This document shows positions 22,924 through 36,800 of a DNA stretch of 64,000 nucleotides, one piece after another. A program made the position numbers and the translations under genes. Each line of letters starts with the position of its first letter. Position 1 is the stretch's first letter. The notes below the pieces were generated by a model that was not told the origin of the DNA, made no database searches, and saw nothing but the letters and a program-made list of their open reading frames with translations. Origin of the DNA: Lepidodermella squamata. Lineage: Eukaryota; Animalia; Gastrotricha. Location of the stretch: NCBI GenBank assembly GCA_047495785.1, contig JBLDXI010000007.1:1550001-1614000 (forward strand), given 5' to 3'.

Positions 22924-23083
22924 AAACTTACCTGGCACTGGGATGAACCGAGCTCAGCAAGTCGGTCGCCCCAGGGCGAGGCGGGCCATTGCACTGCGGT
23001 CCGCTGACCCCTGCGCTCTGCCTCATCGGTGGAGTCGGGTGCAAAATATTTCACTTGGGTATCGGCGTTCGCGCCACACCCGT
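22924..23083 (+). ncRNA. RNU1: U1 snRNA variant
   Basis: 5' ACTTACCTGG, helix H GCAC/GTGC, four stem-loops, U1A loop ATTGCAC, terminal TTCG tetraloop. Confidence 0.9.
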
Positions 23084-23302
23084 AAAATTACGAAAAAAAT
23101 ACCGTATTTCTCGAAAATACGCCGCCCCTTCCTGAGTATTGAAACCATCCTTTAGACTATCCCGATGAAAATAATGGAATGATCGGTGGGGCGATCTTGG
23201 AATTTTATGACTTTGAATGACGGTTTCATTCGGAATTTTCAATTTTATTCTCAAGCGCAAGTTTTTACTCGTTGTTCGGGCTTTCCGACATCTTTCTATC
23301 AA

Positions 23303-23384
23303 GGTAGCGTGGCCGAGTGGTCTAAGGCGCTAGATTTAGGCTCTAGTCTCTTCGGAGGCGTGGGTTCGAACCCCACCGCTGCCA
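23303..23384 (+). tRNA. tRNA-Leu(TAG)
   Basis: Full cloverleaf with long variable arm. Confidence 0.95.
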
Positions 23385-23545
23385 TCATTTTGCCATCGGC
23401 CAAGGCGAAACCGAAACTCAAACTAATTTCAGCAGGCAGTGGGCAAATATTTGAAGTCATTCGTGACTCGGGGTAATTAGCAATGAGGTTTCTTTATGTT
23501 ATAGCCAAGTATATTGAGCCAGCTGGTCATCTGGTATTTCAGCTA

Positions 23546-23627
23546 GTCGCTATGCCCGAGTGGTTAAGGGGTCTGACTAGAAATCAGATGCGGTCTCCGC
23601 GCGTAGGTTCAAATCCTACTGGCGACG
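23546..23627 (+). tRNA. tRNA-Ser(AGA)
   Basis: TCTGA-CTAGAAA-TCAGA arm, long variable arm, G73. Confidence 0.95.
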
Positions 23628-23701
23628 AACATTTTTGCAAACTGATTGGAAATCTGAGTTCTGCAACAGTTCCCTTCGATAATAGTTCTCACATTCATGA
23701 T

Positions 23702-23773
23702 GCGTCAGTGGTGTAACGGTCAGCATGGTTGCCTTCCAAGCAGCCGATCCGGGTTCGACTCCCGGCTGACGCA
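23702..23773 (+). tRNA. tRNA-Gly(TCC)
   Basis: Full cloverleaf, loop CTTCCAA. Confidence 0.95.
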
Positions 23774-23860
23774 CACGTTTTTATAGCCCATATTCGAGAG
23801 TAGCAAGCTCATTACTATAGTACAGATTGAAGGTGATCTTGCCCGAACCGGTTTTCGAAG

Positions 23861-23932
23861 GGTTCCATGGTGTAGCGGTTAGCACTCTGGACTCTGAATC
23901 CAGCGACTCGAGTTCGATTCTCGATGGGACCT
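23861..23932 (+). tRNA. tRNA-Gln(CTG)
   Basis: One base different from 17220-17291. Confidence 0.95.
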
Positions 23933-25023
23933 TGATATGTTTTTTCAACCAAAATTCAACCCAACTGCTGGAAAACTTTTAATTATTAATTCCTTCTACG
24001 TTGTACCAATAGATCAATTTTATGCGGCCAAGTTATGCCGTTATCCCACCTTTCCCGGTCAGTTCACACGAGAATTAAACGATGTGTAGCCTCGGCTATG
24101 GCAGATTTCACCTGCCAAGACCAACTGTGTGAAAGGCAGATGGGGCTCCGAGCCGCTAAACGCTAACTCTTGACCTGATTTTGGATAAAAAGGCACTACA
24201 ACTTTTCCAGTAGGCAATAATAGAATGAAGTAAATTGGACGCTTCTTCTCTCAAGCGGAAAATTTTTCAGTGAACAAGATCAAATGCATCTGATTTTCTA
24301 TTTTTTTACGGCGATTATATCGATTTTGAAGCCGTAATAGTTCTGGCTGAGAGGCTAATAATTTCGCTCGCTTATTGTACTTCAAACCTGAATAATTCGA
24401 GAATATGCATCGAAGACTTTAATTCCCAGACATTGATCGCACTTGAAAGGTTTGAGGTTGTTCCCACTTATATTGTCTGATATTCTGTAATTTGTAAATT
24501 CCCGCTGTTAATCCGAAAACTGACCATGAGTGATTTTCGAAATCGGAACATGTTTTTATACCCTGGAATTCGATAATTTTCTCATTGTCGACTTATCCTC
24601 GAATAACGTTTTTAATCCTTTTTGTAATAAACATTTCATAGAATAGGTCGTGTGGATGCTATCGAATAATAAAAAACATTAGGTACAACTTCCACCATAA
24701 ATCGCAGCCTTGCTGTTTATGCTATAATAGGAAATGTATTGGCACTATTATAGAGTTCGCCGCTTCGCTCAACCGTGAAATTTGCAAGCTATACGATTCG
24801 GATGCAATTGATTCCGAAGCCGTATAGACTATACTTTTTCTTACCGAAGGAATTTAACTCTAATGATAACAGGGAATCAATATGAAACTTGCCATAGCAT
24901 TTTAATCCCCATATACGCTCATCGGGCTGGCAAAATAATCATTAATTAATTAAAGTGCCTCTTTCTTACATCTGATTTTTGAACCTATACACATTGCACG
25001 TTTTAAAGGCGGACACATTTTGA

Positions 25024-27353
25024 ATGGATCAATGCTTTGAGCTGGCCGCTAACGAGTCAGCGATAAATCAGTCTTGGTTCTGCCCAGCCGACTCGGACAG
25101 CGTGTGCGTTTTTTCTTACCTGCACCAGGTCAACCGGAGCTACCTTAATTGCGGCTATTTTGAAGCAATAATCCCTGCAATAAATTTGCTTCTATGCTAC
25201 CCATGCAATATTATGGCGATTCGAAATTTTAAGCTCAGAAAGGTCAGCTCTGAATTTCTTCTCTTAATCACGGCGCTGGTGATTTGTAACGTCACTTACG
25301 TGACAACAGGATTCATTTTAGCACTGCAAAGGTAGTAATAAAAATTATTTAAAATTAATTTAAAAAATTTAATTTTTTTTTCACAGAATTGATGCCTTAA
25401 TTTCAAGCAGCTTTCTGACTACCACCCTGCCATTGATTCTCGGCATGTCCTGTATGACGTTATCACTATACATTTTCGCTCTCATCAGCATTCAGCGGCA
25501 TATTTGCCTGAAAACTCTTCAAATTCATCATCAGCTATCATCGTCGGAGAAAACAAACAATCAGTTCTCGCTGCTACTCGGTGTTTTGATTTTTCTTTCA
25601 ATTTCTGTCACTTCGGCCTATGCTGCTCAACTCTTGGCCCTCGGAGCAATACAAAATATTGACATAGACGTGGATCCAAGGCTCGGTCCTGTTACTGTTT
25701 CCGTTGTATTTCCATCAAGGGAAGTTTTCAGCGGTCCCGTTCTAGGAATGTCCTTTGGCTTTGCGACATTCTTCATTCCTCTCATCATCATAATTGTCAA
25801 CTACAGGTAATTTGAAGTCGATTACCTGGAACCACAGTTTTTAAGGATTTTGATTGATCACCCAAAAATTAGGGTTTCGGCACTAAATTTGACACTACAG
25901 CACTAGATATCCCTAAAATCTCAATTTTCACGCGTATTTTGCGCTATGAGCTTAAATTCAGCTACAGAATCGATATCACTTCCAAGTAGCGAGTTTCCAA
26001 ATCAGTGATTTTTGATATATCAACTACTTGGAACAAAATCTTGGAATCTAGGAACACAAATCTATAATTTTTCTTCTCAGCCTGGGGAAAATCCCAAGTT
26101 CAGGGGGCATCCGTATCAGTATACAAAGGAAAAATTCAGCCCCAGCTAAAATTTAGTGCTGGAATCGCTATTTCAAGTGCTATTTAAATAATCGGTGGTA
26201 CGACCGTATAGCCCAAGACAAAATAGCCCCGACAATATAGCCCCGCAACGTTATATCCCAGGAAAAATAATTTGTTTACGCGACAATTTGGCCCCTGCCA
26301 AAAGAGCCAAAAATGCACGACAAAATAGCAAAATAGCACGAAAAATATCCAAATACAAAGTAGCCCGAATTCCTGTGTTTTATTTGACTGAAAATAAAGT
26401 CGGATTTAATTAATTTTGAAATCGGAAAGCTCAACAGTTTTTTTTACTGAAATGAACAAAGTCGCAACTTGACCATGTCCCTATATTAAACCAGCATTCT
26501 TTAATATCATGAACAGCCAGGTGTAGCTTATTTTTTGATACCTTACTACCTGTTTGCCGGTGCGATAGTCGAACCGTTTGCAGACAATATGGCCACACCG
26601 AAGCGCCCTTTGGTGACGCGCCGTCTCCTTACATATTCTAAATACATTCAAGTAGCCTACGCAATAAGAAATCATCAGGTGACTTAGCGATGTCATTTCA
26701 TTAGGCGCGACAACTTGTCGCGTGCTAAAATGTCGCAACAAGTATTCTATTTTGGGCTGAATCGTCGGGGATATTTTGTCCCCGACTTTTTTTCAATCGT
26801 CTTGAGATATGTATTTTGTCGCCAAAATCAAACATTTTTATTTGGGCTCATTTGTCTGGGGATATTTTGTCGTTGAAACTTCCAATTTCAGTCGGGCAAA
26901 AATGTAGACCTTCTTCAATTTCGATTCCATTAGATAATTATCGATAATTAACTGATTTTATTACCGTTAAACAGTTGTGTTTGGTGCGTTGTTCGAAGCA
27001 AACAGCCATCGCCATCGTCAGAAAATTCAGTGCGTAAAAAGGCTCGAAGACGCGAGCGATTTTTAGCAATTCTCATGAGCTGTTCCGTCATCGAATTCAT
27101 CATCTGCTTCCTGCCTATCCTAATCGTATTCGCCCAGGTGCAACAAGCTACTCAAACGCGAAATTATCGCATTCAATCGTTCGCAGTATCGGCATCTCAT
27201 TACCTACAGCAGTTTGACTCGGCTATAAACCCGTTTTGGACAAGTTTTGTGTTGGGACGGAAAAAGTTCCGGAGCCGGCAGTCTACAGCAAATAATTCTG
27301 AAATAAATAGCCAAAGTGACTCTCGAATCCAGCTTAATAGCCGGGAACATTAA
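25024..27353 (+). CDS. Orphan rhodopsin-like (class A) GPCR, 3 exons (25024-25331, 25388-25806, 26974-27353)
   Basis: TM segments with ISIQRH (DRY-like), FFIPLIIIIVNY (TM5), FIICFLP (TM6) and DSAINPFW (TM7). Confidence 0.75.
25866..26170 (-). repeat. Dispersed repeat family, copy 2 (intronic)
   Basis: Reverse-complement similarity to 1676-1930. Confidence 0.55.
26200..26910. mobile_element. Intronic non-autonomous element with inverted subterminal repeats
   Basis: Left gacaaaatagcccc-type repeats mirror right ggggatattttgtc repeats. Confidence 0.6.
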
Positions 27354-27426
27354 AAAAAATACGCCAAATATTGATTATTTGAAATATTATTTTTCAAAGA
27401 AGAGATCATAAATTATAAAAAAAATG

Positions 27427-29209
27427 TTATTCTTCATGTTGTGGAAAAGAAAATTCGTTGAAATTGAGGTAATTGATCAAACAAACAGGCAACGGCAAGG
27501 TTTCAATCGCTTTCAGTCTCTTCTCAGGGCCTCGTGGTAGGGTGTCTAAAATCGCCTGGCGGCAGATTGCCTGAAGAGGCCTAGGGTATTTCAATCCAAG
27601 GTAAGTCGCAAGGTGTTTCAAAGGCAGCGCGTAATTGAAATCAACGTAATCCGAGTCCGAAATCAGGTCATTGTCAACTTGATTATTTTCCAGTAAATTT
27701 GCGAGATTTAACGAGCCGTAATTAGCTCGGCAGTTCGATTCGATTAAAATATCGGCAATCACGTTAGGCCGGCCGAAAATTGCGACACTTCGAAAGGTAT
27801 TCAGCCGAGCAATTGAGGCTAGATACGATGGATTCGCGAGTAGCTTTTCGTAATTTAGCCGAGCACCACTTCGTAATAAAGGTAGAATGGCGTGTTGAAA
27901 TATTGCTGCGATATCTCGATTGCATCCGTAGTTTTTAGCGGCTCGTATGAAGAGAGCACTCAGGGGTGTCTGCTGGGTTGTATCACAGTTACAAACAGGT
28001 TCGTAGGCACCTAAGAAAATAATGAAAAATTATGCAGTTTTTACTAATTTCTTTCAGCTTTTATTCGGTTTCTAGTTTTGGCAGAGCCAAAGTTTGAAAG
28101 GTCAAACAAAATATTTTCAATATTTTCGGGGATTTTATGATTAATTTTTAGAATTTCCAAACAACGTGCAACTAGGACAATAAAGCCTCAACATGACCTA
28201 GAAAACAATGCGTAATAAAATTATTTGGGAAAAGGTCAATATGCAGCTCAAACTCAATTAGGGATTCCAATTTTGAGGCTCCAGCACTGGATATCCCCAT
28301 AAACTGGCTTTTTGCGTTTCAAGTCTTGGTCCCAAAATTGGTTTTCTATTTGAGATTCAGCCTAAAAAGCCGATATCGATTCGGAGTATCGATTTTAAAA
28401 ATCAGTGATTTTCCCGATATCGGTAACTTTGAAAGCCATCACTGTTATTTTTTCTACATACCTAGGGGTCCCAGGTGCGTAGCTCAAATGAAATAATTCC
28501 CTGGGTTATGGAGTGCATCATCATCAAAATTAAACAAATTAAAAAAGTTGAAGTGGGGAGAAATTGAGATAATCTTGTTTTATGTTTTCAAAGAAAATTC
28601 AATTTTGTTACCTTGGAATCGATTGCTAGGAACAGCTTTGAGCAATAAATCGGCCGAAATCGGTGAGTTGACTGCCAAATGGTGGAGGTAGAATAACGGA
28701 TTCAAAATCTCACTTCCACTACCGCTGTAATGCTCCAACGGCGTGATTTCGCTAAAAACAGACGAACATTTCGTGCATGACTCATCCGAATTTTCGTCTT
28801 CACCCGCAATTTTCGGCAAAGGATCCGCTCCATGCAGTAACAAAGCGCGGATAATTTCGGCGACAGATAAGGCCATTAACGTAGGATCGCGTTCGTACAA
28901 CGAGAAAATCCGGCCGCATTTGACTGCGCTAATTAAAGGCACAACAGCGTTTCCATTGATTAATCTTGCGTTAGGATCAACGCCCAGTTCGAGGAGCAGC
29001 CGAACTGCTTTCTCGTTTGTCACATGAATTGCGAGGCAGAGTAATCCGAAAAATGTTGACGAGTATTTATTGGTAATTTCTTCGCGCGAGAAATGTTGTA
29101 GTAATTTTTCCAATTTCGAGTTATCACCCTCGAAAATCGCTCGTCTCAGCTCATTTTCTCGCGCTGCTTCGTCTCCAGATTTGTTAAAATCTCGGTAAGT
29201 TGGAGGCAT
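27427..29209 (-). CDS. Ankyrin-repeat and SOCS-box protein (ASB-like), 2 coding exons (about 28612-29209 and 27427-28010)
   Basis: AVRLLLELGVDPN and IRALLLHGADP ankyrin motifs; SOCS box PRPLQAICRQAI...IETLPLPVCLINYL. Confidence 0.8.
28257..28425 (-). repeat. Dispersed repeat family, copy 3 (intronic)
   Basis: Reverse-complement similarity to 1811-1930. Confidence 0.55.
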
Positions 29210-30879
29210 ATCAAGAATTATCTAAAATAAAGAATTGGTAAATTAAGAATAAAAAAATGAAAACAGAATTCTTATAGTAAATTACAAAGCAGAGTACATT
29301 CATCATATATATTGACGATTTAGATTATTTTTAGAGCTAATCTGCCGTGAAAAGGTTGTCATGCCTATGTAGACAATGTTTCACACGTATTTTTTAAATT
29401 CCACGCTATAAAAAATTGGTCTCAATTACGCAAAAAATTTTGAATATTATTAAGAGCTCAAGCGTGGCTGTAATGATTGATGCTGAAAATGAATGAAAAG
29501 AATAAAATCGCAGCCGCTGTGCTCAGAATATGAAATCTATGGCAGGAAGTCAATATAGCGACGCGCTCTCAACTTGCTTATTATATTGTGCGCGTATATT
29601 TTTCAGCAAAAATCCATATCACTCAGCGAAAACTGAATTATTACTACAGCGGGTATTAAGCAAGTTCACACCGCCGGCTCAGGAGATTCCCGTTAATAAC
29701 CTCACGAAAAACTCGATAAAAAAATCATATAGTAGTAACGCGCGAAAAAATAATATTTTTAATACGGCTATTTCTAAGAACCAGTTATTCTAATGAAAAA
29801 AATAAATTACAATCAGGACACGTTTTGGCCTGAATAATATTCCTAACAGAATGCGTTTATAGCTATACCATATTGTATTGCCTGCCATAATTTTTTTGCT
29901 CGCGGCAAAATAAGGACGCGCACCATTCTATTGTATTGGCGAGGGTGAGATGTTTACCTCTTTCCATGGAAATAAGACCAGGGCGTGGTTTCTCCAGTGC
30001 ACCATATTGCCGGTATCCTCTAATAGCAATAAATGTTGTGCACCGTCCTGCTTTCTCGCGAGAGTTAGTGCCGCGGCCAAATCGATTGAAAACAACAGGT
30101 ACTATGTTGTTTACGCCAAACCGCCATGCTTTTAGTGCGGTTTTTGAAGATCCATTAGCAACTCGGGTGAGTAGAAGTAAAAACGGCAATTAACTCAATG
30201 ACCTATTACTCCTCCATATTCTGCCTTTATATTTCTGAAATGAATTGCGAATTGTTGGCAATGAAGCCAGCCGACAAGTGGTCCGATGTTCATGGAATGG
30301 CGATTAAAAATATTAAAAAAGAAAAGAAGCGAAAATTACAGGTGTCAACTTTAAAATTTAAAAATTTCAGTTATGTCTATATAGTATCATGGGCCCGATA
30401 ATTTCTTCCTATATTAGATTATATCAATCAATAATTTTCTAGATTGTTAGGAGAGTTAATACTGAAAGAATTATGTTTTTCTATTTTTTTGCAAATTTTG
30501 AAACTCGATTAAAAATCGACGGTAACTGCTAGATAGCGTTGCAAATAATTTCTTGGAATCGAGAGGATTTTTTTGAAATATATTTTGGAGATAATTTATT
30601 TTATTAGAAAATCGACGAATGGAAAATATGGAATTGTCTCATTGATGAACAATGAAGTGAACTTTGTTTACACCCCGAAGGCCTCTAATATCAAGAAAAT
30701 CTATGAATAACTCTGGTTATCAAATACCACTTTTGGGTCTATTGATTACAGGAGTAAACTGTCAATAGCGCTTGCAGCGTCCATTTACTCGCGATTTCAG
30801 CCATTCATCAAAGCTCTACACCAATGAGCTACTAGTAAAATTGAAAACACTCTCACATTTTCTATACGAAAATTCTACC

Positions 30880-33800
30880 ATGGAAGATTCTGAATCACTA
30901 GCAGCTAGCCCTGTCCAAGCGCGAGGCGTGAAGAAGCCGCCAAAACCGAAGCAGGATGAGCAGCAAGGTGGCGAACAAAAGGCCCCAACTCGGGTGCGTT
31001 TAAGAGATCGCAGGCCGGCTTCCAACGCCCATTCGTCGTCTGATGAAGAGAGCGATTTCGAAGAGCGGCGGCTTCGGCTCGACGTCTTCAACCAACCGTG
31101 GATGAATTCATGCCTCAATGAAACTGTTTTACCCGGCAGTCCATGGCACAAGGTACTCAACACCGCAAAATTCGATTTGGATTTTTTCCAATTTTTCTCT
31201 AAATTTTCCAGATGATGAAGCGAGTTATACCAGTGTTTATAAAGCGGTTGAAGGGCCAGTTTGGCGATGCCGCTCGGAAGGAGGCAATTTTTCAACTATT
31301 AGGACCAAACTTTGTCGAGAAAACCTTCCCAGACGAGAAGCGAGACGTCATGGCGCTGGTTAGCCGAATTTTTTGGATTTTTCGAGCATTGTTTTATTTT
31401 TATTTTAAAGCTCACATTAAACGAGGGTGATCGGCGGCAAATTGTTCGAGAGGCTGCTGATTGGCTGAATGTTCAATGGACAAAAGCGACAGAAGAAGCT
31501 CGCTGCGAACGAGTGCCTCCGAACGAGGATGTAGAGTAAGCATTAAAACTAATTTTTTCTAAAATTAATCCGAATTTTTCCCAGTCCGAAAGCTTCACCA
31601 GAAATGGCGGATTTTCTCACCCATTGCTATAGGATTTTCTACGTCGGGCTAGATCGGCACATGTTTATCACTCAGGCGCGGGCTAAAAGGGCGAAGCAAG
31701 CCGAAAAAGCTGCAGCTATGGCGGGTGATGATCCGAATTCGATGAATAAAGTTATTCCGAAATTGTTGGCCGGTCGGCTGAGTAGTTTGGGATTCTACGA
31801 AACGGCATCTACTGCCCGATCTACGGTCCCGTCTGAGGCTGGCGACGACTCGGAAGCAAATATCCTGAAGAAATACAAAAGTAAAATAAAAAATTTGAAA
31901 AATTTAAATTAAAAAAACTTCAAAATTTTTATAATTGAAACCCCGAAATATATTAATTTGTAATTTTTCCTATCTACTACATTTATTTCGTAATGTTTTA
32001 GGCTGGAAATGATGGAAAATTTGAGATCTCGCTAATTTAAACTATTAGATCCTCATTAAACGGAATTTCTCTCGAATTTATTGTAGTTTATTTATAATTT
32101 TTATTCAGAAAATGTAGCCCTTCCAGCTCACGCTCCAATGCCTCCACTCACGTCTCAAGCTTCGGACAGAATCGGCGGGGCTGTAGTCGCCCTACTTCAA
32201 CGAGATCCTCGTCGAGTTGCCGATGTCGTCTGCAAGTAAGTCCCTTGAAATATCTCATTTAAACCTGAAAAAGAGCTTCAAATCTTAGATTACACGGCCG
32301 TCAACTTCCGAAAACGCTTCGAATATTTATTTGGATGGATTCCTTACTCAGAAAAGAACGAGAGCGAACTCGGCAGCTGTTAGTTGGAACCTTTTAATCA
32401 AAGTTTTAGAAGCTCTATTTTTTGCCCTTAATAGACAAGCTGAGAGATTGGTTCGAGAAAATTTCGGCCGAGGTATCGCTCGAGGTTTAACCGAGTTGAA
32501 CCTCAAAAAGACTAACCTATCCCCGATCGCATCCGTTATTGACAATGCCTTAATTGAGGTATTCATTTCGACCCAGATTATTTCAAATTTATTGAAAATT
32601 AAATTCTAGACCTATAAGCGAGCTCCAGGTCTAGCGTCCTCTTTCAATGACGCCCATCTCAAAGATGCAGCTGATGCTTTGAACGCGTTTTACATCAGCG
32701 AACGAAGCTATGAAGTTCACATGATCTTTTGGCTTTACCCGCTACAACTCGCATTCGAAGATGCAACCCATCAGCGTAAATTAGAGCCTCACATTTCGAG
32801 AAAAAATTTTAATTTAATTTTTAATATAGCTGAGCATTGTTTGGATCTTGCCTTATACTTACACCTGTTTCGCCGCGATGTTTTCCCTGGCTGGGACGAG
32901 GCTCGAAACATCGCCGAGGCGGTTGTTAAAAAAATCGCCGAAAAAGACGACGAACTAGCTAGCCATCTCGAAGAAGCTTGCCGGCAGCACGAAATGATGA
33001 AAAAACCTAGCTCATCGAAAGGCGACAAACGATCAGCTGAAAGAAGTGATGGCAAAATGCCGTTGTTTGTCCGCGATCAAGCGTTGAAAGGCTTCGAGCA
33101 TTTTATCAATATTATGTACTCATGGGTTTCGGAGGGATTTGTCGGAGTTCTGGATAGCCATGGCGTTATGTTTGCCTGGGATCAATTCATGATGTTTGCC
33201 TGGAACAGCCGGGTCATTGAACACCTTGCTTTATCAATCCTAATGCTACTTCGACATCGACTTCTCGAAGCTTTCGATTTCGAAGGCCTTCAAGAGGTTT
33301 GAAAATTTTCTCGAATTTTTCAGAATTTTCTGAAATTTTGCCGTAACTAAAGATTCTGGTCCAAGAGCCGAACGTGTTATACACAGTAGACCTTCAAGCC
33401 GCATTTGTATTTATCGAGCATAATGATAATATTCTCGAAGCTTCGAAGCTTAATCGCCAGAAAGTGTGAGTGATTTTTCCGGATTTTATTTTAATTTTTT
33501 TAATTATTTCATTTTTCAGGCAACTGGATGAAATGTTTTCTGGACCATTGTCAGGCCGGCTTTCAGCGCGAGATCAAGGTCATTTAACCAGACTAGATGC
33601 AATTCTCCCACGTTTCGGCCTTCGCGACCTTGAAATTCAGTTGATTATTCCTAATCATTGCCTGAAACAATACCAGTGGCTGTACGAACTTGATATCAGC
33701 AAATTCAGCGTCATCATGTCGACGTATTTCGGAGCTCTTCACATGGGCAATTTCACTAATCGAAGGCCTCCTTTCGCCCGAGATTCGGTAATTCATTTTG

Positions 33801-36800
33801 AGTTAAAATCATGTTTGATCAATTTAATTTTAAATCTTCAATATTTCCACCAACTAAACTTGAGGTTTCAGCTCTACATTTTCTCAATTCGAATCGTTCC
33901 TTTCTTGGATCAATGATGAGGTTCCCTATAACCTTGGGATTTTTTTTCAGCTTCCTGATCCTTCGAGTATATAGAACCATTTTCTATGTTGGTTTCCAAG
34001 ATTGCTGATATTGGGAAAAATTCCTAATTTTTTTATTCGAATCCGGAAATCGATTTCGGCTGAATTTCAGCTCGTAAACTGACCGCCGAATATTGGCACA
34101 AAATAGATCTAAGATCTATTGGTTTGGCATCAAAGATACATATATAAATTAATTAAATATATTTTGAGATTTTTAACGCTGGAACCCTTGATTTAGCTGG
34201 AATTTATAGTTTTTTATTCTAATATATATTTATTTTGCAATCTAGTCAACAAACTCAGCTGGCGACGTAGTTCATGTCGTTCGATTTTTGGACGAATTCG
34301 TCGAAGGTCCATTTTCGCCGAAAACCTTCGTCACGCAAGAACGCGGAATCGAGCTCCTCCGCCGCAGCGGTGGCCTCCCCAACGTGTTCATGGCCCTCAT
34401 CTACAACGGCGATTTCCCACTAAAATCTGAAGAAACACAAAGCGCGCTATTCGGCTGGACGCAAATCGGCCCGTGGACACCGTCAGACAACAACAAATCT
34501 TGGCAAGTCATCAACGATGTGAAATGGTTTTCACTACAAACTGCCAAGTTATCCCTAGCCCTTGCCCCACTCGCAGCTTTAGCCGACAAAAACATCCTGC
34601 TGGACAACGAATACGCGTCCCATTTTTCGCATTTAACCGTTGAAATTTTCAACCCTGGCACTGTGCCAATTGATGAGCCAACTTTCAATAAGATCATGCC
34701 GACCAAGTCATCGCCAACATCAGCAGTCCAACCCGCGATGGAATTTGAGGAGAAACTGCCCGAGTTGGATTTCGCCTCGATTCGGCAAATTGTCCCAGAA
34801 TTGCCGCCATCGGGTGGCTTTATTCGTTATCAACCTAGTCTGTTAGCCGACGACGATCACATCGATTTCGGCGAGACGTTCGATTTCTACGTTGACGGGG
34901 CTAGATTTCTACCGGATAACTGCACGATAACTATGGCGCATTTGACGTTTGGCAATTCCGGCAGTGTGGCGGCGCCGGAAAATGTCCTGTTTTTGTCCCA
35001 CCTTGAGTCGGCCCTAAAATCGCCCTACTACAACGGCCGGGTTGTTCTTAATGATAAGAAGAAAAAACCGACTAAAGAGATGGTTGCGATTTTGACGATT
35101 ATAACCGTGGATAAATTTAGTGGGAAGCCTTTTGTTGTGGGCAGTACCGTTTTTCCGATGTTCAAAGATTTACAGGTTGGACGAAATTCGAAGGTAATTA
35201 AGAAATTATTTGAAATTTTCAAAAAAAGTTGAATTTTTTGTAGACTGTGTTGAAGAAAGGAGGCCATCAAGTTCGCCTTTTCCAATCACTTCCACCGAAA
35301 CCGGATAAAAGGCTCAATACAGTGACTCAGGACGCGATAGATGGAGTCTTGAACTCGCCGCCAATACCCGCTGCCACCCTTCTGATTCGCTTGCTTCCTC
35401 ACGAAGATGTAAGACATTGATTTAATTTAAAAAATTTAAATTTTAAAATTCGAATTCAATTTTAAATTTTTTATACCGTAACGTGTGGTGATTGTGGACA
35501 GGGTAACTTTGGACACTTTCTGCTTTGCAGGTTTGCAACTTTTCAGGGTTGAACGTTTAAATCATTGGGGTTTTCACATAAAATGCTCCGTCTCTTCAGC
35601 TTTTGTTTGACATTAAAATCAAGACGATTGGAGCTGAAATCGGATTTCAGAAAAAGTTACAAGCCGTTAGACTTTGGGTGCCGTTTTGGGACCCCCCTTC
35701 TATCTTTCTAATAATCGATCAGTTTTCAATGAAAGTTGGCATGAGTATTCTCCTATCTATACTATCCCTATAATCGAAGAAAAAGTGGGAATCCGTCGAC
35801 GCGTTTTAGCAGGGCATTTATCTGAAAAACAGGTGAAAATTGGGGTAATTTTGGACACTTTTGGACGGGTTAAGTATGCTGCTGCGCAGAAACGTATTTT
35901 TATTGAAATTCCGAGAAACAGATGATGCGCCATCAGTTCATAATTTTTTTCGAAATCTGACCTAAGATTAAATGAAAAACCATGAAAAACAGATAATTCA
36001 CAATGAAATTGCAATGAAATTGCATATGCAAATGAGTGTCCAAAGCTACCCTCTAATTGTCCAAAGTTACCGGAACACATATTAATTAGCCAAAGGTCAG
36101 GTAAAATTCTAAAAATTTTAAAAATTTGCAGTAAATTCAAGAATCACCGTCCCCACCTTTGGTAAAAATTTCAGAAATTTAGGAGCAAAGGCTGATTTTT
36201 AATGTTTGAAAAACACGTTTTGTCCAAAGTTACCACTCGTTACGGTATGTCTGAAATTTTAAACGTTTAAAATTTAATTTTCAATATTTTCAAGTTTTCA
36301 AATTACTTTTTCAATTTTTCATTTTTTTTAGAAATATGCTGATGTACCGCTCTACTCTAGCGGTTATTACCAGAACAACGAAACATTCATCACATCAAAA
36401 TTCGAAGAGACATTTATGACTGTTTCAATGGAGGAAGATCGGATGATAGCTGAGACAAGCCCGTCCCAACATCCGCCAACTGTTCGAGATGCGTGCCACT
36501 TTTTAATGTCGCAAAAGGGCGAAAAATCAGATGGGTTCAATACAGCTGCTTATGGCAAGTGGATGCAGAAGCGGTGTTTGAAAGACGGCGTTTTTCCCGA
36601 TGACTTACTCTCGCCTAGCGAGCATTTAGTTTACACTGAAATGGCCGGAATTACTGTCAAATTCGGCACTTCGTTCAATCTTAACGACGGTATTTTTTCG
36701 AATTTTTCCGGTAATTTTTCCAGAATTGTTTCACATTTTTTTCAGATGGTCTTCCTGCTCCAGCTCAATTATTGTTCTGTAAATGCGAATTATTCCCACC

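Noticed and set aside
24126-24145. U6atac-like GTGTGAAAGGCAGA
   Set aside because: No AAGGTTAGC or downstream U6atac structure follows.
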